64,000 nt of DNA from a virus. Lineage: Duplodnaviria; Heunggongvirae; Uroviricota; Caudoviricetes. The position numbers and the translations under genes were made by a program. How positions within the stretch are numbered: the first letter of the stretch is position 1; the number at the start of each line of letters is the position of its first letter. Positions 1 to 7,100 of this stretch are shown here, one piece after another. The notes below the pieces were generated by a model that saw only the letters and a program-made list of their open reading frames with translations, did no database searches and had not been told where the DNA came from. The DNA lies in IMG/VR virus record IMGVR_UViG_3300042890_004094; one strand, given 5' to 3'.

Positions 1-1
1 C

Positions 2-112
2 CCTGATCAAGTCAATAAAAGTACAGATGGAATGCTCACAGTAAATTACATTGAAGTTCTAGTTGCAAAGATACAGGAACTGGAGAATAGAATAAAACAA
101 TTGGAGAAATAA
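2..112 (+). CDS. C-terminal 36 codons of a gene that starts left of the window (partial)
   Basis: Open frame from position 2 translating ...IQELENRIKQLEK, ending TAA at 110-112 that overlaps the next ATG (TAATG). Confidence 0.4.
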   Translation, partial: PDQVNKSTDGMLTVNYIEVLVAKIQELENRIKQLEK

Positions 113-2028
113 TGGCTTGGATAGATCTTGCAGATAATCAAATGGTAAGCTTTACAGATGCACAAGGTGGTGGTTTTACACTACTTTCAGGTCAAAGTTC
201 GCTGAACTCAAACCAGTGTATGACTAAGGCTGATGCTTTAGGAAAGTATGACTTAGTTACTGCTAGTATGAGTGCATATCAGGACAATCAATTAGTTCCT
301 AAAATTACATGGGTTGCAAATTTGACAAACGGTTTTTGGGAATTAATAATTGATGTCACTAATCCCGGACAAAAATTTGGATTTAACATACCAACTGGTG
401 GATCACCTAGTATTAATATTGATTGGGGAGATACTAATACGTCAAATGTTACAAGTATAGGATTTGTAGAAAATACTTATGCTACACCGGGTACTTATTC
501 AGTAAAAACTTCCGGAAGTGCGTCTAGTATTAGTATTGCTTTAGTAACCGGTAATTGTGGACCATTGGTATTAAGTACATCTAAAATATCTGGAATAAGT
601 GGTTTGGGATCACTGCCAGAGTTATTCAAAGGATGTACTAATTTAACAAGTATTCCTTCAGATTTATTTAGTGATCTTACTGCGGTTCAAAATTTTTATG
701 GAACGTTTGTGGGTTGTACATCTTTAACTAGCATTCCTGGAAACCTATTTACTAACAATGTAAATGCTCTCCTTTTTAATTATACATTCTGGAATTGTAC
801 AGGTTTAACTGGTAGTATACCTGCAGGTTTATTTGATAATTGTCCGTCAGTAAATTCGTTCCAAGCCACATTCTATAATTGTACAGGTTTAACTGGTAGT
901 ATACCTGCAGGTTTATTTGATAATTGTCCGCTTGTTACAAGATTTGATCAAACATTCTCTAATTGTTCAGATTTAACTGGTATACCTACTGGTTTATTTG
1001 ATAATAATGTACTTGTGGAACTTTTTGTTTTGACATTTGCTTATTGTACATCTTTAACTAGTATACCTTCAGGTTTATTTGATAATTGCCCGGCTGTTAC
1101 AATGTTTTCACAAACATTCGCTGGTACAGGTTTAACTGGTAGTATACCTGTCGATTTATTTGATAATAATGTAAACGTTTACACTTTTTCTGGTGCATTC
1201 GCGCAGTGTGTATCTTTAACTAGCATACCTTCAGGTTTATTTGATACTAATTCAAATGTACTCGATTTTAGTTTTTTATTCAATGGTTGTTTCTCATTAG
1301 ATAGCATACCTGGGGGTTTATTTGATAATAATGAACTTGTTACAAATTTTTCTGGTGTATTTCAAAATTGTACATCTTTAACTAGCATCCCTGTGGGCTT
1401 ATTTGATAATAATGTACTTGTGGACAATTTTCAACAAGCATTCTATACTTGTTCAGATTTAACTGGAAGTATACCAACAGGTTTATTTGATAATAATGAA
1501 CTTGTTACAAATTTTTCTGCGACATTCAGGGATTGTACATCTTTAACTAGTATACCTACAGGTTTATTTGATAATAATGAACTTGTTATAAATTTTAGTT
1601 ATACATTTAATAACTGTGCTTCTTTAACTAGTATACCTGCGGGATTATTTGATAATAATGTAAATGTTACAACATTCCTAGCGATATTCTCAAGTTGTGT
1701 AAATTTGACTACAGTTCCTAGTAATTTATTTGTACCACTTTCTTCTTCTTCCATTAATTTTAATAGTGTATTTAGAGATTGCCGTAGCTTGGTACAGACT
1801 CCTGATATATTTGGTACTTCATATTCTACAACGTTCTTAAATAAAAATGTAAACTTCGGATCGGCATTTGAATTAGATAACTCTTACTTGGGTGCTACTA
1901 TTGGAGTAGCACCCGAATTATGGTCATTTGATTATGGTACCGGTTCTGCTACTAAAACTGATTGTTGGCAAGGTCATAGTACATCTTCCGTATCTAATTA
2001 TGCGTCAATACCAGGAGTATGGACATAG
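112..2028 (+). CDS. BspA-type leucine-rich-repeat protein
   Basis: 638-aa ORF with about 16 tandem ~23-aa units of the form C-T-S-L-T-S-I-P-x-G-L-F-D-N-N; near-identical 69-nt DNA repeats, e.g. 799-849 vs 868-918. Confidence 0.8.
   Translation: MAWIDLADNQMVSFTDAQGGGFTLLSGQSSLNSNQCMTKADALGKYDLVTASMSAYQDNQLVPKITWVANLTNGFWELIIDVTNPGQKFGFNIPTGGSPSINIDWGDTNTSNVTSIGFVENTYATPGTYSVKTSGSASSISIALVTGNCGPLVLSTSKISGISGLGSLPELFKGCTNLTSIPSDLFSDLTAVQNFYGTFVGCTSLTSIPGNLFTNNVNALLFNYTFWNCTGLTGSIPAGLFDNCPSVNSFQATFYNCTGLTGSIPAGLFDNCPLVTRFDQTFSNCSDLTGIPTGLFDNNVLVELFVLTFAYCTSLTSIPSGLFDNCPAVTMFSQTFAGTGLTGSIPVDLFDNNVNVYTFSGAFAQCVSLTSIPSGLFDTNSNVLDFSFLFNGCFSLDSIPGGLFDNNELVTNFSGVFQNCTSLTSIPVGLFDNNVLVDNFQQAFYTCSDLTGSIPTGLFDNNELVTNFSATFRDCTSLTSIPTGLFDNNELVINFSYTFNNCASLTSIPAGLFDNNVNVTTFLAIFSSCVNLTTVPSNLFVPLSSSSINFNSVFRDCRSLVQTPDIFGTSYSTTFLNKNVNFGSAFELDNSYLGATIGVAPELWSFDYGTGSATKTDCWQGHSTSSVSNYASIPGVWT
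649..1750 (+). repeat. Tandem ~69-bp coding repeats (LRR units) inside the 112..2028 gene
   Basis: Repeated tgtac/agatttaactggtagtatacctgcaggtttatttgataat... units visible by eye. Confidence 0.7.
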
Positions 2029-2037
2029 AAATTGTTG

Positions 2038-2122
2038 AAGAGAGTAAGGGAATCGAACCCTACCCAGTTTCCCGGGCGTCTCGCTTAGCAGGCGGACCCT
2101 ATCACCATCAAGGTTTACTCTC
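2038..2122 (-). tRNA. tRNA-Ser(GCT), type II (long variable arm)
   Basis: Reverse complement GGAGAGT...GGGTTCGATTCCC...ACTCTCT; anticodon loop CTGCTAA; variable-arm hairpin CCCGG-GAAA-CTGGG. Confidence 0.7.
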
Positions 2123-2133
2123 CATATTTTGTA

Positions 2134-2216
2134 GTGAGCAAGGGAATCGAACCCTATACATCTAAACGTACGCACTGCTTTCCAGGCAGACCCTATCACC
2201 ATCAAGGATTACTCAC
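2134..2216 (-). tRNA. tRNA-Ser(GGA), type II
   Basis: D-arm identical to previous tRNA; anticodon loop CTGGAAA; T-arm GGGTTCGATTCCC. Confidence 0.6.
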
Positions 2217-2226
2217 TATGTTGTTG

Positions 2227-2313
2227 CGGAGAAAACAGGGCTCGAACCTGCACACCAGTTTCCCGATACCGGTTTTCAAGACCGGGGCGATACCAATTAC
2301 GCTTTACTTCTCC
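2227..2313 (-). tRNA. tRNA-Ser(TGA), type II
   Basis: Reverse complement GGAGAAG...CCGGT-CTTGAAA-ACCGG...GGTTCGAGCCC...TTTCTCC. Confidence 0.7.
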
Positions 2314-2324
2314 AAGTAATTTAG

Positions 2325-2408
2325 AAGAGAGTGTGGGACTCGAACCCACAAAGGTATTACCCTTTACTAGTTTTCAAAACTAGGCCTTCATCCAGCCAGT
2401 TACTCTCC
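2325..2408 (-). tRNA. tRNA-Ser(TGA) second copy, type II
   Basis: Reverse complement GGAGAGT...CTAGT-TTTGAAA-ACTAG...GGGTTCGAGTCCCAC...ACTCTCT. Confidence 0.6.
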
Positions 2409-2417
2409 ATATATTTG

Positions 2418-2489
2418 TGATTCCAGAGGGAATCGAACCCCCACCTGATCGTTCGTAGCGACCTATCCTATCCGTTAAACGATGGAACC
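2418..2489 (-). tRNA. tRNA-Arg(ACG)
   Basis: Reverse complement GGTTCCA...GGTCG-CTACGAA-CGATC...GGGGGTTCGATTCCC...TGGAATC. Confidence 0.7.
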
Positions 2490-2496
2490 AATTAAA

Positions 2497-2536
2497 AACA
2501 AAAAACCCACAAACTTTGAAGTCTGTGGGTTTCATA
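2497..2536. terminator. Hairpin with flanking T/A runs (factor-independent terminator candidate; minus-strand reading gives stem then TTTTTTGTTTTT)
   Basis: aacccacaaac-tttgaa-gtctgtgggtt preceded on the plus strand by aaaaacaaaaaa. Confidence 0.5.
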
Positions 2537-2553
2537 CTAATTTTTTATATCAA

Positions 2554-2631
2554 TTATGAACACAACAGAACCTCCCTCAAATTACTTGAGCGACTAGACG
2601 AACTTGACGATGTTGTGATAATTGTTTTCAT
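2554..2631 (-). CDS. Micro-ORF (25 aa, MKTIITTSSSSSSRSSNLREVLLCS) directly fused to the conserved promoter-like motif; may instead be a small RNA
   Basis: ATG immediately follows TTTTAATATATAAATAAT on the minus strand; terminated by the hairpin at 2497-2536; a related copy lies at 3695-3805. Confidence 0.25.
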   Translation of the reverse strand: MKTIITTSSSSSSRSSNLREVLLCS

Positions 2632-2636
2632 ATTAT

Positions 2637-2653
2637 TTATATATTAAAATTTT
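2637..2653 (-). promoter_or_regulatory. Conserved AT-rich promoter-like motif (minus-strand reading AAAATTTTAATATATAA)
   Basis: Member of a TTTTAATATATA family that recurs upstream of at least 10 genes in this window. Confidence 0.45.
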
Positions 2654-2675
2654 ATTCTTTGTTTTTATTTATTTG

Positions 2676-2809
2676 ATAGAAAGGTGGGACTCGAACCCAC
2701 AACCACGGCTTTAACAGAGCGAAGTAACTTATTTCATTGCTACTAAGAGTTTCTTAGAGAAAGACTGACTAAGTATGATTACGTGCTCTACCAATTGAGC
2801 TACTTTCTA
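2676..2809 (-). tRNA. tRNA-like gene interrupted by a ~58-nt insertion (possible intron); anticodon region reads TCATAC (possibly CAT)
   Basis: Canonical 5' half TAGAAAG-TA-GCTC-AATTGGTA-GAGC and canonical 3' half GTGGG-TTCGAGT-CCCAC-CTTTCTA form a perfect 7-bp acceptor, but are separated by about 58 extra nt; no 3' anticodon-stem partner found at the canonical place. Confidence 0.5.
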
Positions 2810-2813
2810 TTTG

Positions 2814-2884
2814 CACGTCGACTAGGGCTCGAACCTAGAACATTGGTTTTGGAGACCAAGATGATACCATTTCACTATCGACGT
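2814..2884 (-). tRNA. tRNA-Trp(CCA)
   Basis: Reverse complement ACGTCGA...TTGGT-CTCCAAA-ACCAA...CTAGGTTCGAGCCCTAG-TCGACGT. Confidence 0.7.
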
Positions 2885-2891
2885 GTTTTGG

Positions 2892-2965
2892 GTTGACAGA
2901 CGGGACTTGAACCCGCAATCCCTTGGTTCACAACCAAGTGCTTTAACCAATTAAGCTACCATCAA
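2892..2965 (-). tRNA. tRNA-His(GTG)
   Basis: Reverse complement TTGATGG...CTTGG-TTGTGAA-CCAAG...GCGGGTTCAAGTCCCGT-CTGTCAA, discriminator C. Confidence 0.65.
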
Positions 2966-2967
2966 AG

Positions 2968-3042
2968 TGACCCCGGTGAGACTCGAACTCACAACCCCCG
3001 CATTAAAAGTGCGGTGCTCTAAACCAATTGAGCTACGAAGTC
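2968..3042 (-). tRNA. tRNA-Lys(TTT)
   Basis: Reverse complement GACTTCG-TAGCTCAATTGG...CCGCA-CTTTTAA-TGCGG...GTGAGTTCGAGTCTCAC-CGGGGTC. Confidence 0.7.
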
Positions 3043-3052
3043 ATTATTATTG

Positions 3053-3124
3053 TGCGGACTGACGGAATCGAACCGACCTCTTAGGGACTTCACTCCTACG
3101 CTAAACCGTCTCAGCTAAATCCGC
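3053..3124 (-). tRNA. tRNA, anticodon uncertain (loop GTGAAGT, possibly GAA/Phe-like; imperfect stems)
   Basis: Reverse complement GCGGATT...GGTTCGATTCC...AGTCCGC has a perfect acceptor and T-loop; the anticodon stem has a mismatch. Confidence 0.5.
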
Positions 3125-3130
3125 AATTTT

Positions 3131-3205
3131 GGGTGAAAGACGGGGATCGAACCCGCGACAACTTGAACCACAATCAAGCACTCTACCACTGAGCTACAAT
3201 CACCA
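3131..3205 (-). tRNA. tRNA-His(GTG)-like second copy (G-1 and C73 present, two T-T mismatches in acceptor stem; possibly degenerate)
   Basis: Reverse complement G-GTGATTG-TAGCTCAGTGGTAGAG...CTTGA-TTGTGGT-TCAAG...GCGGGTTCGATCCCCGT-CTTTCAC-C. Confidence 0.5.
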
Positions 3206-3211
3206 TGTTTG

Positions 3212-3284
3212 TGGACCCTCAGGGAATCGAGCCCTGTCCTTTGGATTTTCAGTCCAACGTACGCACCAGCTATACGAAAGGTCC
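3212..3284 (-). tRNA. tRNA-Phe(GAA)
   Basis: Reverse complement GGACCTT...TTGGA-CTGAAAA-TCCAA...CAGGGCTCGATTCCCTG-AGGGTCC. Confidence 0.65.
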
Positions 3285-3294
3285 ATTATATTTG

Positions 3295-3367
3295 CACAAG
3301 CCAAGGGAGTCGAACCCTTTCCATCCGAGGTTTTGGAGACCTGGTGCATACCATTATGCTGACCTGT
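3295..3367 (-). tRNA. tRNA-Trp(CCA)-like second copy (one mismatched pair in anticodon stem)
   Basis: Reverse complement ACAGGTC...CAGGT-CTCCAAA-ACCTC...AAGGGTTCGACTCCCTT-GGCTTGT; D-loop AATGGTAT shared with the other Trp gene. Confidence 0.5.
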
Positions 3368-3376
3368 ATATATTTG

Positions 3377-3469
3377 AAGAAAGAAGAGTATCGAAACTCT
3401 TAGGGGATATCTCCACGACTAGCCTACCTCTCGGATTCGAACCGAGACCTCTTCAACCTGACTTTCTTT
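3377..3469 (-). tRNA. Aberrant 93-nt tRNA-like element (candidate Ser-CGA type II tRNA with unusually long variable region, or a tRNA remnant)
   Basis: Perfect 7-bp acceptor AAGAAAG/CTTTCTT; internal CTCGG-TTCGAAT-CCGAG stem-loop and a second T-arm-like AAGAG-TTTCGATA-CTCTT; does not fold canonically. Confidence 0.35.
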
Positions 3470-3471
3470 TG

Positions 3472-3544
3472 TGATCCCGGTGGGGCTCGAACCCACAACC
3501 TTCTGATTAAAAGTCAGAAGCTCCACCAATTGAGCTACGAAATC
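3472..3544 (-). tRNA. tRNA-Lys(TTT) second copy
   Basis: Reverse complement GATTTCG-TAGCTCAATTGGTGGAGC...TCTGA-CTTTTAA-TCAGA...GTGGGTTCGAGCCCCAC-CGGGATC. Confidence 0.65.
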
Positions 3545-3549
3545 ATTAG

Positions 3550-3622
3550 TTCCCCCGCCGGGAGTCGAACCCGGCCCCATAGGTTAAAAGCCTATTGCCT
3601 ACTACCAGTTTGCTACGAGGGA
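3550..3622 (-). tRNA. tRNA-Lys(TTT) third copy
   Basis: Reverse complement TCCCTCG...ATAGG-CTTTTAA-CCTAT...GGCCGGGTTCGACTCCCGGC-GGGGGA. Confidence 0.6.
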
Positions 3623-3631
3623 TTATAAAAT

Positions 3632-3670
3632 AAAAAAACCCGAACTTTTTTATAAGTTCGGGTTTACGTT
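3632..3670. terminator. Strong hairpin with flanking A/T runs (bidirectional factor-independent terminator candidate upstream of the tRNA array)
   Basis: aaaaaaacccgaacttttttataagttcgggtttacgttt. Confidence 0.6.
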
Positions 3671-3694
3671 TATGCTTTATTCTCTTTTATGACA

Positions 3695-3805
3695 TTATCC
3701 TATAATAACATCTTCTTTTGAGAACGACATACTCATACATCCGAACTTGTGGCTAAACCACTTGAACGACTTACTAAAGCTTGTATGTTTGAAATTTGTT
3801 CTCAT
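3695..3805 (-). CDS. Micro-ORF (36 aa, MRTNFKHTSFSKSFKWFSHKFGCMSMSFSKEDVIIG), a related copy of 2554..2631; may be a small RNA
   Basis: ATG fused to TTTTAATATATATAACA on the minus strand, followed by the 3632-3670 terminator. Confidence 0.25.
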   Translation of the reverse strand: MRTNFKHTSFSKSFKWFSHKFGCMSMSFSKEDVIIG

Positions 3806-3807
3806 TG

Positions 3808-3826
3808 TTATATATATTAAAAGTTT
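3808..3826 (-). promoter_or_regulatory. Conserved promoter-like motif (minus-strand AAACTTTTAATATATATAA)
   Basis: Same motif family as 2637-2653. Confidence 0.45.
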
Positions 3827-3895
3827 ATTCTCTCTTTTTGTTTTTTTGTTATTTTTATAGTACAAAAGTAATAAAAGTTTACTTATCTACCTAAT

Positions 3896-4090
3896 TTATT
3901 TTAATTTATTTTTAATTTTCTCTGCAATCTTCTCTAAACTTGATTTAGAAGTCTCTTTCTGTTTTGGAAATCTACCATGATTTCCCATACTATCATAGTC
4001 AGTACATTCATACGCACTAGGTGACGGTAGTCCACTATAGTGACAGAATTCTTCTTCACTAAGTATTTCTTTTTTATCTTCTTTTTTCAT
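3896..4090 (-). CDS. Hypothetical small protein (64 aa)
   Basis: ORF only; no recognisable motif. Confidence 0.35.
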   Translation of the reverse strand: MKKEDKKEILSEEEFCHYSGLPSPSAYECTDYDSMGNHGRFPKQKETSKSSLEKIAEKIKNKLK

Positions 4091-4140
4091 ACTATAAATA
4101 TACTACTTTATTTTATTCTACCAAACTTTAATACAAAAAA

Positions 4141-7100
4141 TTATCGTTTTAGTGTAAAATGTCCTTTATGTATTCTACCATCATTTCTGTAAGCAACGAA
4201 CCAGTAATCATTAGAAAATATCTGATTTCCATTGTAGGTTCCATCCCATCCTTGGCTAGTTGAATTAAATGATGTAATTATTTTACCATAACGATCATAA
4301 ATAATAACTTTAAAATCAGGTTCATTTTCAGAATCTTTAATTCTCCAATAATCATTATATCCATCATTATTGGGAGTAAAGAATTTGTCATAGTAAAGCA
4401 GCCAAATAACTTGACTAGTGATCCCACAATTAGCTTTATCTCTTACATAAACAGTGTATAATCCGGTAGTTAAATTATCAAAGTAGTTTTCATTTTGGTA
4501 TGTAACATTATCTAGAGAATATTCAAAGGTTCCATTACCAGATGTAATTACTGTAATAGTGTTTTCTCTAGCGGTCCAATCTGATATTTCAATACTTTCA
4601 ATAACTGGTGGTCCAGAAATGATTACATTAATACTCTGACTATTACTACAAGCCAATCCATTATAAGTATTTGTGGCGGTAACTGTTAGATTTGTTATAC
4701 CAATATCAGTAATACTAATAGATGGAGTTGTTTCACCATTAGACCAAATATAGGTAGTTGAAGACAAATTATTAGATGTAGCATCAATAATAGTAGGATT
4801 GGTTGTGCAATTCAAATAGTTTTGACTTAGATTCAAATTTGGTATTTTTCCCACAATTAAATTAAATGTTCTTAATTCATAGCAATTAGGTAAAGAGTTA
4901 AGTATAATTTTAGCATAAATAAGTTGTGGATTTATAGAAGGATTAAAACTTACTAAGTTTGTAATTTGATTAGTACCACTTTGTGCATCACTTAACGTAG
5001 TATAATAGGTTATAGTATAATTACTTACTATTTGTGTTCCTAGAATTACAGAATTCTGTTGTGATAAATTAAAAGTTTCATTATTAGTAATAATAGTTTT
5101 ACATTGAAGTAAATCACTAGGATTATTTATCAAAATAAAAGACTCAAGTATACTTACATCAAAAAATCGGTTAACTATATTACCACAATTATCTTCTATT
5201 TGAAAAAGGTAAATTGCTGGATCTAAATTAGAAAAAGTATTTGAAGTACCATTATCAAAAAAGAAAGGTAAACCATTTTTTTGTATAAGAGTATATGTCA
5301 ATGGTGCAGTTCCACTTGCCTCAACAAAAACATCTAAAGCACCGTTTGTAGAGCAAGGTAATCGATAAACATCAATAAATTCTAAAGATTCATTATAACT
5401 TAATGGTTCTAATATTTCAATACAATTTTTATCGGCATTATTTACGTCTGTAGAATTCCAGTCACTTCCATTTTGGAATGATAAAAAAGAACGAACAATT
5501 CGAAAATCGCCATTAGAACTAAAATTAAAATTGGTAGTATTGTTTATTAGGACAATTGAGTTATTTGTATTTGGAATAGTACCATCAGTATAAACTAGAT
5601 TTGTACTAGGATTTCCCCAAGTATTAGTAACCGGATCAATCAATTTTTGTAACCAAAAAGTTTCATTTGATGTTCCATTACTCACAAAGTCTAGTGCAAT
5701 ATCAAAAGAACCACAGTTAGGAACCAATGAAAAATTGGAAGAAGTGATTGTATAACCTTGTAAAATTATGTTAGTAGTATTAGTTAAGTTACATTCATCA
5801 GTTCCAATAAAAGTATAATTTCCTGCAGGAAGATTATTCATATAAAAAATACCATCAGGTGCAATGTTATAAGACACATTTAATGGAAGATTAAAATTAA
5901 ACGTACTAGGAGCTGCTGTAATAATAATAGATGTCAATTTTGAATTCAAACTTTCAATTTTAACTGCACTAGTATTCAAGTCACAACCATTTCTTATAGA
6001 ATTAGATAAACCTTTATCTACATAGGCAGGAACAACAACTGTAATAGGTGTTAAAATATCATTACAAGTATTTGTTAATTCAATTATATAATTTCCTAAC
6101 GGAACTGGATTTAATATAATTGTACCATTATTAATTAAAGAGGTTATATTATGTGGTAAAGTGAAAGGATAATCAGATGGTGCAGAGGTTACTAATCCAG
6201 TTGTGATAATATATCCGGGTATGCTTATATTTATCTTTCCTGTTGTAGTCAGACATCCATTGTGTGATCCTGTTACACTTGGAATAGGTGGTCGATTTAT
6301 TATCGTAAAAGAAATATTTTTAGTATTACCACAAGAATCTGTAATAGTAGCATCATAAGTTCCTATGGGTGTAGGTAATGTTGTATTTCCAAAAGACACA
6401 CTGTTTTGATTATAGGGACCTGGATAGGAGTCATTAAAAACTAGAGGATTAAAACCAGTTGGAAAAGAATTAAAGTTTATAGTATAAGGAGGATAAAAAT
6501 TTGAAAGATTAAATGTAAAAAAGTTTTTGTTACAATCTAAACGGGTTGTAGTGTTGGTTAGGTTTATTCCATTGTTTACAACAAAATTTGTTGAAGAATA
6601 GGTTGAATTACATGCATCAGTAATAGATATTGAGTAACTAAAAGTTTGATTAATGTAATTTGTCATGTTTTGTACCAAATTTTGTTGTGTTAAACCTCCA
6701 GAATTTAAAGTACTATTCAATATAATTGGTACACCTCCAGGTGGTAAAATAGTGTAAGTAATGTTTAACGGATAACCAATAACAGTTCCAGTTGCAGCAG
6801 TTAAGGTATTAGTAACTGAAACTAAGTTACAATTAGATAATTGAGTAATTTGAGGTTGTCCAATTGTAATACCAGTTGTGTTTTGAACGGTTGTAAAAGT
6901 TGTTACAACTCCAATTCCACAATTATCAAAAACTCTAATCTTATAAACACCGATAGGTAAATTAGAAAAAGTATTGGAACTCTGTGATGGAAACAATAAA
7001 GGTCCATTAAATATTTCATAAGAAGCAGGTGTTCCGGTCAGTGTATTTACAGTAATTGTACTTGTGTTAGAACATGCTTGATTTAAAGTTTGAATGTTAT

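Noticed and set aside
2005-3474. Track ORFs 2005..2205(-), 2134..2319(+), 3129..3362(+), 3205..3474(+) and 3209..3403(+) as protein genes
   Set aside because: They lie entirely inside the tRNA array and are composed of tRNA sequence. They are reading-frame artefacts.
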